A stretch of DNA of 64,000 nucleotides, from positions 99,014,001-99,078,000 of the forward strand of contig OZ024741.1 in assembly GCA_964016885.1 (NCBI GenBank). The letters run 5' to 3'. The stretch's first letter is position 1. Each line of letters begins with the position of its first letter. The translations under genes were made by a program, and so were the position numbers. Below, one piece after another: positions 1 to 14,436 of the stretch. The stretch is from Eledone cirrhosa. Taxonomy: Eukaryota. The notes under the pieces are model-generated. The model was not told the DNA's origin. It saw only the letters and a list, made by a program, of their open reading frames with translations, and made no database searches.

Positions 1-974
1 TTAATATTATAGTTCTATGAAAATGTAACAATAGATAACTAAATTATTTTACTATTAGTATATTTAAGAAATTATCATTATAGATTTGATCGTTCATATA
101 AGCATCATATTAATTTTCAACACAATTATTTTGTTACTATGAGTATATGATAATAATATTACGTAATTATTTATAGCTGTTATTACATTAAACATAGATG
201 TATTTATTTTTATATGTTACACTCTAAGAATTAACTAAGTGAAATAGCGTAAAAATAAAGGCTTCGTTGGTTTAAGCTATTTTTATAAAGGATGCCACAG
301 AATGTACGATATATAATGATTACAATATTTTTTAGCAACAACTCTAGTCCCACACTTTTGAAGGTTTATTATAACATTCTGTGGCACTTTTGAGCTTGCG
401 CATTTTTCATGTCTAGTTTAATATTTTTTTAAGGCAACGCTTGTAATAACTCTAGTTAAACAGGATATATATTAATAATAAATTATCGTTGTAATGTAAT
501 TAGATTATGTAATTGTTATTATAAATTATCTTATAAATATTAGTGTAAGATGTATAAAAATATTTTCAGACTTTTAATATAAACAACTACAAAAAACAAT
601 CAATATTAAATCAATATATTATACATAATAGAAAACATAAAATAAACAATACAAAAACAAAATATTTACATACAATTGCAATTATCAGTGTATATACATT
701 TTCTTTATATTCCCTGAGCAAATTAATAAGATTTGTTTTTATTGTACATAATTTGATGACTTGTTGGAGTGTATTAAAAGATAGCAACAATTTGTGATTA
801 AATTGTTATCTTAAGCAACTCACTTTTTAATATTTGTTGGCTGAGCGAAATTGTAAAAGCCTATGAGCAAATATAAAAAAAAATACACAAACAACATTTC
901 CTTGTGTTATTACAACATTAGATAAAATAATTGAGCAATGTCGTTATATTTTGCTCTTATTGCACATTAATAGT

Positions 975-1140
975 GTTTCTATTTTTCGGCACAAATCCAT
1001 TACGGCAGTCCATTACTGGTACTTTATTTTATCGAATTAGTAAGTATGAAAGTCGAAGTTAACCTCGGCAGGATTTGAACTTAGAATGCAAAGGACCATA
1101 ACAATACTGCAAAGCATGGTGTCTGACGCTCTACCAATAC
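975..1140 (-). mobile_element. tRNA-derived SINE, degenerate copy
   Basis: Matches the core tactggtactttattttatcga...aacctcggcaggatttgaact that recurs throughout the window. Confidence 0.75.
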
Positions 1141-1609
1141 TTGTTTTGAGCTGGTCATTAATTTATTGTGGTCGTGCGTGGAGTAGAGCAATCGCTAGTT
1201 GAAATATTATGAACAAAACATTTTTATTTGCCGAAGAACATATTTTCAATACTGTTTGTGAATGTGACGAAGGAAATACATTCTGATATGGAACAGTGTA
1301 CAAAGTGTGTCTGTGAATAACATAATGTTACCTCATGTTGTTGTCAAGACATAATGGATTTCGTATATCCAATTAGAAGATGAAACCTAGCCATCTCGGA
1401 TTAGTTATATTTCATGCCATGTGTAAACGTGTTTGAGGATAGCAAAATATGCGTGTTTCTTGTCTGGAAACTTTCTGCTAAACTGATTGGTTTCGTTTTT
1501 GGCACTATACAATACTCATCCAACAGATAGCTGTATTGGATCCTTGATTGGTTAATATTTAGGTGAGGGTGCTTGATGCAGAGTTAGTGCAAAATGGATC
1601 AATGAGTGT

Positions 1610-2262
1610 AATAATAATAATGATAATAATAATGAAAATATTGTGTACAATGCTGAGGTGCACTACAACTCATCAAAAGTGCATATATAATACATAGGGT
1701 AATATAAAAACGTCAGGAAAAAAGAACAGTGCATGAGTCATGATATACACATATGTGCTTGTGTATGGAAGGGGGACATCAGGTGTAGTTTTGGTGTATT
1801 TCGGAATGTATGATGGTTTTAAAGGATGCAGTGTGTCATCAGCTAACAACTGATGCAGGAAGTTTGTTCCATCCTTCAGCAACTCTGAGCATGAAGAAAT
1901 ATTTCCTAAAGTCATGGGAGCTGTGTTGTTTTCTGACTTTGTAGGCATGTCCACGTGTTAAACACATGGAGATCAAAAAGGTGTTCGGGGTTGTTGTTGG
2001 TCGGATGGTTAATAACTTTGTGGGTGTTTACCAAGTCCATTGCCAGAGGGAAGCAAAATATTCAGGGTATGGTAGGTGTCTGATGGAGGGTATGCGCTTG
2101 GTTGCATGTCTCTGAACAGTTTCCAGGAGGTCAATGTTCTGAGCAAGATAGGGGTTCCAGACTGATGACGCAAACTCCAAGTGTATTCGTACCATAGATG
2201 TATACAGCTTTAAATAGATGGCTGGAGAGCAGCTAATGAAGGTCTTGCTGATTGATGCCAAG
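1610..2262 (-). mobile_element. CR1/L2-group LINE 3' fragment (RT C-terminus, 3' UTR, (TTA)n tail)
   Basis: ORF 2028-2261 LYTSMVRIHLEFASSVWNPYLAQNIDLLETVQRHATKRIP is the typical post-RT motif of CR1-group LINEs; an (AAT)n run at ~1610-1632 marks the tail. Confidence 0.8.
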
Positions 2263-2448
2263 TCAATCTTAATAAATTGACTGATTTATCTGTTCACTAC
2301 TGCTAATCCACCGCTGTTTGTACAATTTTTTAGATAATGTCAATTTGAGCTTGAATCATTGGCGTAATGAAATTTGAAAAGATTATAAGCAAATCTTTTT
2401 TAAAATACACAGACAACATTTAACTGTATCGTTGCAACATTAGATCTA

Positions 2449-2630
2449 ATAATTGTTTCTACTTTAGGCACAAGGCCAGCAATTACCCAGTGCATTACTG
2501 GTACTTTATTTTATCTACCCCGTAAGGATGAAAGGCAAAGTCAACCTCGGCAGGATTTGAACTCAGATCGTAAAGGGACGTAACTATGCTGGAAAGCATG
2601 GCATCCGACCCTCTACCAATACTGCCAAAA
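2449..2630 (-). mobile_element. tRNA-derived SINE
   Basis: Near full-length match to the intact copy at 57491-57680. Confidence 0.85.
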
Positions 2631-2654
2631 TAATGGAGCAACATTTGTGCAGAA

Positions 2655-3119
2655 TTATTGTTTGTGCAATAAGATATTTGCAGATCTGTACTTGGTCTGC
2701 TCTTTAGCCAACTCGGTACGTTTAGAAGCTCTACGCTCGGCTTGCTTTTGAGATATAATAGCTGAATTTGCAGATCTATACTTGGCCTGCTTGTTTGCCA
2801 ACTCATACCGTTTTGAACATCTATACTTGGCCTGTTTTTGTGTTAATTTAGCAAAATTCACAGCTCTATAATCGGCCTGTTTTTGTCTCAACTTCTCCCG
2901 ATTCCGCATCCGGTAAGCTGCTTTCACATCCAATTTAATACGCCCATCTAGATTATTAGCACAGGAATGTGAACAAGCTTGTGGGACCGCATCATTGTAT
3001 GTATATGAACTGCCTGCAACATCAAGACCCAATTCACAAGTGCAGCGTTGCTCATTCACATCGGCAGTGGGGACACCAAAATCAGTGACAGGTCTCGATT
3101 CACTCGCGAGATACATCAC
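2655..3119 (-). CDS. ORF fragment with 14-aa basic repeats (KQAKYRSAN-like), probably transposon-derived
   Basis: About 5 imperfect repeats with a 42-bp period; the ORF ends next to a SINE. Confidence 0.35.
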   Translation of the reverse strand: MMYLASESRPVTDFGVPTADVNEQRCTCELGLDVAGSSYTYNDAVPQACSHSCANNLDGRIKLDVKAAYRMRNREKLRQKQADYRAVNFAKLTQKQAKYRCSKRYELANKQAKYRSANSAIISQKQAERRASKRTELAKEQTKYRSANILLHKQ

Positions 3120-3147
3120 AGCTACACTATATATTTAAACATATATA

Positions 3148-3205
3148 CAGTGATACCTCGCTACTTGGCGGTTCAACTATCGCGGATTCACGATTTCGCG
3201 CATTT
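3148..3205. mobile_element. Tigger/pogo-like terminal repeat fragment
   Basis: TA|cagtgatacctcgctact...tcgcg start resembles Tigger termini; partner end not found. Confidence 0.4.
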
Positions 3206-3336
3206 CTAGAATATATATATGAACACCTAAAATTTTTCATTAAATCCATTAAAATATTAATAATTGTTTCTACTTTTGGCACAAGGCCAGCAATTATCCA
3301 GTACATTACTGGTACTTTATTTTATCGACCCCATAA

Positions 3337-3871
3337 GGATGAAAGGCAAAGTTAACCTCGGCGGGATTTGAACTCAGAATGGCAAGGGCCGTAACTCTAT
3401 GCGTCAAAGCATGGCGTCCAACCCTCTACCGATACTGCCAATTCACCAAATATTAATAATAAACACAGTTCTAATCATACGCTATATATATATATATATA
3501 TATATATAAATATAAGTAATTAATACCGTATAAATGGTACAAAGACTGTTTATGTTAAATGTATTTCTCAACAGAGTATTGAATACTTAGGAGAAATTCA
3601 AAACGAAGATGAAAGGCAAAGTTAACCTCGGCGGGATTTGAACTCAGAATGGCAAGGGCCGTAACTCTATGCGTCAAAGCATGGCGTCCAACCCTCTACC
3701 GATACTGCCAATTCACCAAATATTAATAATAAACACAGTTCTAATCATACGCTATATATATATATATATATAAATATAAGTAATTAATACCGTATAAATG
3801 GTACAAAGACTGTTTATGTAAAATGTATTTCTCAACAGAGTATTGAATACTTAGGAGAAATTCAAAACGAA
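3337..3871. repeat. Direct tandem duplication of ~265-270 bp (SINE part, (TA)n and flank)
   Basis: 3337-3607 is repeated almost exactly at 3608-3871. Confidence 0.85.
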
Positions 3872-4059
3872 GAGTGATAAAATTTCAAGCAAAGAGTTTA
3901 ATTAGGTAATGACTTACAAATTTGTTTCAGTATATAGACAAAGCCTGAAGCGCTAATTATAATAATTAGTTAATAATATTATATTAAAGATATACTGAAA
4001 CAAATTTGTAAGTCATTACCTAATTAAACTCTTTGCTTGAAATGTTATCATTCTTCGTT
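3866..4059. repeat. Inverted repeat, ~70-bp arms with a ~55-bp spacer
   Basis: 3866-3935 is the near-perfect reverse complement of 3990-4059. Confidence 0.8.
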
Positions 4060-5099
4060 GAGAGAGAGAGAGAGAGAGAGAGATTTATCTAGTCCTTCGC
4101 TCAAGATTAATCTATAAGTTTAGATGTCTGCCTTCGTTTAAGTAAATATTACAGTAAGATTTTTAATATAAACAACTACAAAAAACAATTAATATTAAAA
4201 CGAAAAAATTATCAATGATAAAAGAAGCGGATGCAACTTTTTTTTTTTATAAAGTTATATTCCTGTTTCTTTAAAGAACATTTCATTTTTGTTCTATTGT
4301 AGGCGAAATAATGCAATGGTTTAATAGGGAAGATATAACTTACCAATTATGTCTCTAACCGTGTAACGCTTTTTAAGTAGATAACTACAATTGAAAATAC
4401 TAAAGAAATGGAACCAACAATTCAATTTGAAAGTCGTCTACTTATAGTGACAGTGTATTACTGGTACTTTATTTTATCGACCCCGTAACGACGAAAGGCA
4501 AAAATGCAAATGTTTAAAATTTAAATTGCCTTAATTCTATCGTCTGCTGTTTCATTAAAGGGAGATTCTCGTCTGTATTTAATTCTATCGTCTACTGTTC
4601 CACTAAACAGATATACCTCCACTATCGTCTCTATTTATACATTTTAACTTATAACTTATACACATTTGATTTGAAATATTTTATCTAGTCCGCCCTCTCA
4701 ATATTATGATGATTTCTTTCGAATGAAACAGTTCTAGTCCTGTAGAAGCCATTTATATATATAATTGAACTGAGTTAAAAATTCACAATATTTATAATTA
4801 AATAAGCTCATATATATATGTGTGTATTTATCTGTTTATTGTATTATATATAATGTGTGTATATACAGGATGTCCCCCAAAAATATATACACACTTCAAC
4901 AGCATTCTAATAACTATTGCCTGTACAGGTAATCAAAGTGTCAATCGAATGTTAGTTTCGTGTTTTAACAGTACAAATTTACAATACACACATAAAACCA
5001 GTCTATATACATACATGAGTGTGTATACACATACATGAATGTGTATATACAATATATATGTATATATATATATATAGACACATATATTCACGGTGCAAC

Positions 5100-5441
5100 G
5101 GAACATTAAAATATAGATGCGGGAGGGGGGTGTATATATAGGGGCGCTGGGGATAAAGGAGTGTAAAGCGTGTGTAATTGATATATTGAAGGAGAGGAGC
5201 GTGCAGCGATAGAGTAACAAATATATAGAGAGGGGGAGAGATGGTATTGAAGGGGAGGAGTGCAAAGCGAAAGAGTAAGAGAGATATATATAGAGACGGA
5301 ACAGATAGAGAGAAACAGGCGTAAGTAACAGTGGAAGAGATATATAGAGAGGGGGAAATGTGTTATTGAAGGGGAGGAGTGTAAAGCGAAAGCGTAAGAT
5401 ATATATAGAGAGAGGGGGAATAGTATAAATATATATATATA

Positions 5442-5480
<39 letters not shown>
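5100..5480. repeat. Purine-rich minisatellite followed by (TA)n
   Basis: Recurring tattgaaggggaggagtgtaaagcg and tatatagagagggg units. Confidence 0.7.
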
Positions 5481-5934
5481 ACACTTACTCTGATTGGTTG
5501 AAAATTAGCCAATGACATACGATCACCACCACCACGGCTATCCCCGAAAAATTTATGAAGAAGCTAGGCATATATGTTAGAACACGAAAAGTGAACATTC
5601 TGTTGTTTCACACTTTTCGTGTTCTAACAGATATATAAATTCATATTTCTATATGTGCAGGACAAGATTTATTCTTCTTGCTAGAAATGTGTATATAAAC
5701 AGTTGCAATAATATATGTAGACACGTCAACACGTCTTAATTGCGCATTTCTCAGTAGACTGGAAAAATGAACAGCTTCGGTCTTTGTTGTGACCATCATC
5801 AAAAGCTTTTTGCATCCCTCACAATCCACAGAGATATACATAACTAAAAGCTTTAGATATATATATATATAAAGCCTAGAGTTAGGTATTTCTGCGATGA
5901 TTCCTCACAATTTCATGTGTGTATTATATATATA

Positions 5935-6865
<931 letters not shown>

Positions 6866-7374
6866 GTCTCTGTGTGTGCGTGTATTCTTATTTCTATGTT
6901 AATACATTCATTTATAGATTTTCATAACATTGTTTAATTATATTTAATAATTCAAATATGTTTTCAATTTCGTTCAATATGTGTAAATTTCCTAAGTTAA
7001 ACATTTCGATTATAATTTTGATTTTCGTTGCATATTTAAAGTGGCTTAAAACGTAATTCTGGGATAGCTTTCATTATGTTATAGTTTTCGATTGTCTTCG
7101 ATTTCTTTTTATAGTTAAACGCAACACTGGAACACACGTAGAAACAAATAGAATCGATGGTATATTTTAACCGTATATTTGGTATATAGTTGAAAAGAAT
7201 ACAATAATATTACAGATCGTATATTTTAACAGTGTGACAGTGTCATTGATGTATTTGCTGAACAGAATAGTCATCACACTTCAGTAAGAGTTGTATCTCT
7301 GTTTATTGTTAACTATGCCTGACTAGTCTATCCTGTGTTATCTGAAAATAAAGAGTATAGGGTGACAGCTTGAT

Positions 7375-7453
7375 TAGTGTAGCTCACTCGGTAGAGCATC
7401 CGATTTTTATAGCATATACTCTGAGGGTTTCGGGTTCAAGTCCATCTGTGGGG
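7375..7453 (+). pseudogene. tRNA-Lys(TTT) pseudogene with a deletion in the intron 3' part
   Basis: tagctcactcggtagagcatccgatttttatagcatatact ctgaggg...ggttcaagtcc. Confidence 0.8.
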
Positions 7454-8321
7454 AATATGGTATTTTTTTTTCCTCCAGGAGAGTCTTCGTTGTGAAATAT
7501 GTTTTATACCGCCTTAGTTCCTAATAATTTTATTAACGTTGTTTCACCGATATTTTAATCATTCTGTTAATAACCTATTTCTATTTAACTTCACAGTGTT
7601 ACCTATAAGGATTACAGTTCCAATGACCTGAAATATGAAACACATTAGAAGAGATAATAGAAATCTTAAGTATAATGAAATAATACAGACACAATACTAG
7701 GCGGACAAGCTTGAATTATGTGTAAATAAGTCTTTAACAAGAATAATTTATTTACAAAATATATAGGAAAGTATCGTCTTTCATATATCAGCTTCCAGGC
7801 GTTTCAAAGCGATTCTTGAAAAACTGTAACGACATTGAAATGAATGTGTACACAGCCTATACTTTACAATACTGGGATAACGTTGAATAGACCATACCTT
7901 GCAATTCACACAACGATGCTACATGTATGTTTAATATATGTACTATTAAATCGTTTTCGAGTGAACTACGTCACATTGCTCCAGTCGGTACAGCTTCAAT
8001 GCGCTAAAGTATCTGTAGCCAAGGCCTTTCTCTTAATGGATTAGCAGTATCGGTATAGCGTTGGACAATATGCTTTACTGCATAGAGTTACGTTCTAAGT
8101 TCAAATCTCACTGAGGTTAGCTTTGCCTTTCATCTTTGCGGGGTCGATAAAATAAAGTACCAGTAATGCACTGGGTAATTGCTGGCCTTGTGCCAAAAGT
8201 AGAAACAATTATTATGAAATATATATTTTACATGCTAATTACTGATAGTTTCACCTTTTATTTAATTTAATATATTAAAAGCATTACTGTAGTGTAAACT
8301 TTGTCAGTACATTTCATCGTG

Positions 8322-8413
8322 GCTATCAGCCTGTCACTCGATTGAGCATCAACCTTTACAGATTAAAATGTGGAGATATCTGAGTGGCGCGGGTTCAGGT
8401 CCTTCTGTTGTCG
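8322..8413 (+). pseudogene. Old tRNA-Lys relic
   Basis: gagcatcaacctttacagattaaaatgtggagatatctgag...gggttcaggtcc aligns with the family. Confidence 0.6.
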
Positions 8414-8755
8414 ATACAATTATTTTCTTCGAGAAAATATTCATAAAATATGTATTTCACATGTTAATTTTCTGATAGTTTCACCTTTTACTTAATGTAT
8501 TATGTAGTTATTATAAAGTTATATATGACGAACACTGCGAGATCTAGTGTCTCGGCTTGATAAGCGCTTCTTTAAAAATGTAGTATTACGTACATAGTTT
8601 ATTCCAAATAATAAGTATACACAATGATGTATTCTATCCATGAACTTACTTTGAACAAGAAGTCACAGTATACAAAAGCTAAATCTTTGTCGTGCGAAAT
8701 ACGTGACTAGTATATCGCATCACATCTGAAAATAAAGACATCCTAACTATGTACC

Positions 8756-8847
8756 GTCGGCATAGCTCAGTCGGTTGAGTATCAGGTTTTTATAGATTCA
8801 GCTGTGAAGATAACTGAGGGCCGCGGATTCAAGTCCTTCTGCAGGCG
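8756..8847 (+). pseudogene. Intron-containing tRNA-Lys(TTT) pseudogene
   Basis: 92 nt, colinear with the consensus, many stem-breaking substitutions. Confidence 0.8.
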
Positions 8848-9803
8848 AAGAATTTTTTATGGGAGACTTCAAATGAAATACGTTTTATACATCTTAAGTT
8901 CCTCATAATTTTAGTTTTTATTGTTTAATGTTGTCTCTCGGGTATTTTAATTACTTTATTGATAACTTATTCTCATTTAACATTATAAGGTTACATATAT
9001 TATGAAAACATTAGAAGATGTAATCGAAATCTCGGAACAGAATAATAGCTTTGCGCGTGGGGCGCGGCTGAGACACCGCTCAACTGGAGTTTAATGTCTG
9101 TCTTATCCCCTCTGTCTTTCTTTCGATACTTGATCCTGTTTTTTTTCTTATTATTATTTACTTTTTTCTTCCCTTTTTTGTTCCCTTTAAAAGTGTATTT
9201 TTGTTTTTTATTAGACACTGCTCAATTATTTCTGTGTAATTATATCCTATAAATAAAAGTTTCTTTATTAGTTAAACAAAAGTATGGAGTTCAGTGAAAA
9301 AGAAGTTATGTATTGTTCTGACCTAGTTTCTAATAGCAGCGAGGTCAAATCTCAACTTGAGCAAAATTATTTATTATAAGATGTATCGAGTCGCAATCAT
9401 GAAAATAAATATCTGGCTTATATTTTGTCTTAATAAAGTTAAGACAGCAGAATAACTGGCGCAAAATTTGAAAATAGTATCACAACAATATTATTCGTTA
9501 AGGCGAGAAACATACATTATACATCGCTAGTGAGAGTTACATCTCGGAAATTCAGACGTAGCCTGGAAAATGTTATTCCTACTGATAATAAGTATATACA
9601 CTGATGTACTCTATCTATGAAGTTACTCTGGGTAAGTAAAACGATACAAAAGTTAAATCTCCCTAGTGCGAAATACGTAACTGATATATTCCATCTGATC
9701 TGAAAAGTAATCTGATCTGAAAAGTTAATGTGGAGAATATGATTTTTATAGATAATTAAAAATGTCAAAATATTTTCCATAAATAGGAAAAAAAAAATTG
9801 CTT

Positions 9804-9895
9804 CGCCCGCAGAGGGACTTGAACCCGCGACCCTCAGATACCATCACATTTGAAACCGTAAAAGTCTGATGCTCTACCGACTGAGCTATGCGGGC
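9804..9895 (-). tRNA. tRNA-Lys(TTT) with 19-nt intron, intact
   Basis: Exons match the consensus GCCCGCATAGCTCAGTCGGTAGAGCATCAGACTTTTA / ATCTGAGGGTCGCGGGTTCAAGTCCCTCTGCGGGCG; intron cggtttcaaatgtgatggt; downstream oligo-T. Confidence 0.93.
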
Positions 9896-10943
9896 GGACA
9901 TGTTTGTGGTGTCAGTTATAGTCTTTACTTCTCAAATAAGATGGGACATATCTGTAATACATTCGTATTATGGTGGTGGGTTGGCAGTGTCGGTAGAGGG
10001 TCGGACGCCATGCTTAGCAGCATCGAGTTACGGCCTTTTCAGTCTCAATTCAAATCCCGCCGAGGTTACCTTTGCCTTTCGTCCACAATATAGTGTTTGA
10101 AGATTGTGGTTTAAATATCTATTGCATCAATTATCGTCTTTACTTTTCAGATAAGATGGGACATATCTATGTAGGAATAATATTTTTGAGGTTCTGTTTG
10201 GGTTTCGGAGATGTTACTCTCACTAAAATGTATTTCGAGACATTTTAATTTCTCGCCTTAGCGAATAATGTTGTGATAGTAATCCATCAACGGACTGAAC
10301 CTGGAGAATGCTGAATGTTGCCAGTTAAAGTATCTCAAACGGCGAATGGGAAATTCTTTTTTTTGTTCTTCAACCTTGTCCACAATCATTTATGAAATAG
10401 GTTTTATACATCCTACATTTCTGAAAATTTCGTCAAAAATTGTACAAGAAATCTGAGTGTTTCAGGTTCAAGTCACTCATCGAACGAAGAGAATTTTTTT
10501 TTTTTTGTGGTTGGGCGGGTATCATGAAGGTAGTTAGTATTCATTATGAAATAGGTTTTATACATTCGAACTTTCGGATATTTTGAACATTTGTTTAAGG
10601 TTATCTCAAAGATTTGTTGATCATATCATCTATACTCTAATTCACTCTATCCCTATAAAGTTACATATGAAAAGAAACACAAAATATTTAACAAAATGAA
10701 ACATGTGCAACTGTTACACTTTCAATGACTTGAAATATGAAACAAATTAGAAGACGTAATTGATATTTTAAACATAATAAAATGTTAAATACATACACAA
10801 TAGTTGTCAAGCTTGCAACGTATAAATTTGCCTTCGACAAAAATAGTTTATGTACGAAATCTATAAGAAAATATTGTCATATTTATCTTAACATCTCGGC
10901 TTAATTAAGCGATTCCTTACAAATGTAATTATATCAACTTATA

Positions 10944-11265
10944 AGGGCGGTGGATTGGCGGTATTGGTAGAGGGTCGGACGCCATGTTTTCCAGCAAAGA
11001 GTCACGTCCCTTTACGGTCTGAGTTCTAATCCCGCCAAGGTTAACTTTGCCTTTCATCCTTTCGGAGTCGATAAAATAAAGCACCAGTAATGCACTGGGA
11101 TAATTCCTGGCCTTGTGCCAAATGTAGAAACAATTATTTCAACGTATAGAGCGCTGGACACTTGCTTTGTGAAAATAAAGTACCAGTAATGCACTGGGTC
11201 GATTTAATCGACTTTCCCTTCCCCCCAAATTCCTGGCCTTGTGCCTATAGTAGAAATCATTATTT
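10944..11265 (+). mobile_element. Two tandem SINE copies
   Basis: gggcggtggattggc head with A/B boxes; separated by ttatttcaac target-like repeats. Confidence 0.8.
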
Positions 11266-11537
11266 CAACCTATAACTATACTATTTTCACATCAATATTA
11301 TTGGCTATGTCGAGAAATTAAAATCTCACCAAATACATTATACATCGTTAGTGAGATATAATCGACGAAACTCAAACAATATCGAAAATGTTATTTCTAC
11401 AAATAAACTTATGTATTCTATTTATGAAGTTACTCTGGGCAAAAGATACAACTGTTAAATCTCCCTAGTGCCAAATATTTAATATATTCCATTTTATTTG
11501 AAAAGTAAAGACTATAATTGACAATGTGAATATGTCC

Positions 11538-11629
11538 GCCCGCATAGCTCAGTCGGTAGAGCATCAGACTTTTACGGAATCAAATGTAAAGATATTTGAG
11601 GGTCGCGGGTCTAAGTCTCTCTACCGGCG
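11538..11629 (+). pseudogene. Intron-containing tRNA-Lys(TTT) pseudogene
   Basis: Intact 5' exon; B box mutated (ggtctaag) and acceptor-stem mismatches. Confidence 0.85.
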
Positions 11630-11634
11630 AATAT

Positions 11635-11775
11635 TTTGAATAGCTTCCTGCATTCAGCGTTAGCGGCCTTCATTCGGTAATCAACGTCTTTTTCAGCAGT
11701 GGCATTTGATGTTAGTACGATGCAAAGGAATGAAAATTGTTCGGCATCCTCCGAGTCCAGTCCGTTGATGGATTA
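11635..11775 (-). mobile_element. RTE-like LINE fragment
   Basis: Translates as EQFSFLCIVLTSNATAEKDVDYRMKAA; homologous to 23625-23690. Confidence 0.55.
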
Positions 11776-12054
11776 CTATCACAACAATATTATTTGCCTT
11801 TCATCCTTATGGAGTCGATAAAATAAAGTACCAGTAATACACTGGGTAATTGCTGGCCTAGTGCCAAAAGTAGAAACAATTATTTGTTAAGGCGAGAAAT
11901 TAAAATCTCATAAATTATAGTTTACATCATTAGTGAAATTTACATCTACGAAACTCAAATAGAATCTTTAACATATAATTCCTACAATTAATAAGTATAT
12001 ATGTCCCATCTTATCTGAAAAGTAATGACCATAATTGACGTCACAAATATGTCC

Positions 12055-12146
12055 GCCCGCGTATCTCAGTCGGTAGAGCATCAGACGTTTAGAGACTCAA
12101 ATGTGAAGGTAACTGAGGGTCACGGGTTCAAGTCCCTCTGCGAGCG
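12055..12146 (+). pseudogene. Intron-containing tRNA-Lys(TTT) pseudogene
   Basis: 92 nt with several substitutions, including U33G. Confidence 0.85.
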
Positions 12147-12434
12147 AATCTACGCTTTTTTTTTTTTATTTATAGAAAAATATTTTGACATTTATTTGTA
12201 ATTATGTATAAAGGTCATGTTTTACAGGTGAAATTTCTGAAAGCTTAAGTTTTTATTTAACATTATTGCACATCATTTTTAATCTCTACATTTGTGGTGA
12301 CGAACAAAATAAAATTATCACTATGTTATTGTCACTGTAATATTTCCTGTCCAATGTGACGAATAAATCTCACCTAACATATAATTTATTGCACATCCTT
12401 AGTGAGATTTGAAACCAACATCCTCAAACATTAT

Positions 12435-12775
12435 ATCAGTTCAACATTTTTTCCAGCCTGTGGCGTTTGAGACGTTTGGTGGACTTGGGCCGCTGAGAGC
12501 GAAGTTCTTGTCTTCACTGGCGGCTCACTTTACTGAGGTGCCAGGTGATGCCTGTGAGGATGCCTGGTTATTTCAGCGCCTTAGCCTCACCATCACCCCG
12601 TGGTAATGCTGCGAGCGTGTTATCTTGCCTGGAAGTGTGCAGTTAACCTCTAAGGTATGAGATGCGGCCGATTATCACACTTCGTGGCGAACTCCCCCCC
12701 CCCCCCCTTTTCCCCTTCTTTTTTCCTTTATCAATTTTGTTCAATGAATTTATATTATTGTGTTATTATAAACGG
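12435..12775 (+). mobile_element. CRE-like non-LTR retrotransposon 3' fragment (RLE C-terminus plus 3' UTR)
   Basis: FQPVAFETFGGLGP...AWLFQRLSLTI.RGNAASVL motif; paralogous copies at ~15810-16170, ~17800-18000 and ~23890-24225. Confidence 0.75.
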
Positions 12776-13030
12776 GTTAGGTGGCATAGAGGAGCGGGAG
12801 TTCTTATTCATTTATGATATATGTTTTATCATCGCAATTTTCTGATACTTTCATATTTTAAGGTTACATTATACATCGTTAGTAAGTTACATATACGAAA
12901 CTCAAACGGAACAACGAAAATGTTATTATATATAAATGTTGAATCTCCCTAGTGCAGAATACCAAACTGATATATTCCCTTTTTATCTTTAATGTAAAGA
13001 CTATAACAGAGCTCTAATGTCAAGACTATA

Positions 13031-13122
13031 ACCCGCATAGCTCAGTCGGTAGCGCATCAGACTCTTACAGATTCTAATGTGAAGGTATCTGAGGATCGTT
13101 GGTTCAAGACCCTCAGCGGTCG
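13031..13122 (+). pseudogene. tRNA-Lys pseudogene with the anticodon changed to CTT
   Basis: TCAGA-CT-CTT-A-intron; also G1A and changes in the D- and T-stems. Confidence 0.8.
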
Positions 13123-13774
13123 AATTTTTTTTTTTTTTTTCATTTATGGGGAAATTTTGATATTTATTTATATATATGGATAAAATGCATATTCTATATA
13201 TTAAATTTCTGATAGCTTAAGTATTTATTTAATGTTATTGTACATCTCTCATAATCTGAACGTTCCATGGTGATGTCTAACACTTAAAAATTTGTTGTGA
13301 CAAACAGAATAATATTGGTGTACGCAACAGAGAGACGGAGTGTTTTTTAGCCTCTCCTTAAAATCAGTAGCTTACTACACAGACTGACTGACCCCAAAGT
13401 CACCAACAATCACACAACAACATCCTAAAAGCATCTATCTTTCTATATCAACACACCACGTTTTACCCACAAATCTGTAAGTACATTTTAAAAAATACTT
13501 TAGAAAAAATTCTTTACTATTATTATTTTCTGTAACTACAAATTTTTCACTAAAGCCACATGTCCTGCACGAACACATATTCACCTGATCCGGAAAATAA
13601 AAATCCTACGAAATACATTATATATCGTTAGTGTTAGTTACATCTACGAAATTCAGACGTAACCTGGAAAATGTTATTCCTATTGATAATGAGTATATAC
13701 ACCGTGGTATTCAATCTGTGGGTAAATGAAAATATACAATGTTAAATATTATAATTAACCCAGTGAATATGTCC

Positions 13775-13841
13775 GCCCGCATAGCTCAGTCGGTAGAGCA
13801 TCAGACTTTTACAGATTCAGATGTGAAGGTATCTGCGGGCG
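13775..13841 (+). pseudogene. tRNA-Lys(TTT) pseudogene, T-arm deleted
   Basis: ...gaaggtatctg|cgggcg: 25-nt deletion between two TCTG repeats. Confidence 0.85.
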
Positions 13842-14344
13842 AATTGTTTTTTTGTTTTTTTTTTCATTTATGGGGACATTTTGATATCTATTTGTATTTA
13901 TGAATAAAATGCATATTCTATATATTAACTTTCTGATAATGTTATTGTACATCTCTCAATAATTGAAAGTTCCATGGTGAAGTCCAACACGTAAACATTT
14001 GTGGTGACAAACAATAAAATTATAACTATCTTAATGTCACTGTAATATTTCTTGTCCAATGAGACGAATACATCTCACTGAACATAAAACATATTAATTA
14101 TCCTTAGGGAGATTTTTAACCACAATCCTTAAACACAACACCAAAATATTTAATCCTCCAATGAGAAAGTATTCAACATACTGTATTGTATATATGAAAC
14201 AACTGACTTTCTATATAAGGTGAGTGTAAGCAAAAGCTAATTCTCCTTATCTAGATCGGCGTATCTTGTCTTGTCTGAAAATAATTATTTCTACTTTAGG
14301 CTTGTCTGAAAATAATGACTGAAAGGATGGACGAAGCTTGTGAC

Positions 14345-14436
14345 CACCGAATGTATTAGTTGGAAGAGCATCAGGTTTTACAATATATATTGTGAAGGTA
14401 TCAGAGAGTTTCCAGTTCAACTAACTCAAACGGCGA
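14345..14436 (+). pseudogene. Old tRNA-Lys relic (paralogs at ~18345-18440, ~22385-22470, ~33390-33481)
   Basis: agagcatcaggttttacaatatatattgtgaaggtatcagagag retains the anticodon arm and intron end. Confidence 0.6.
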
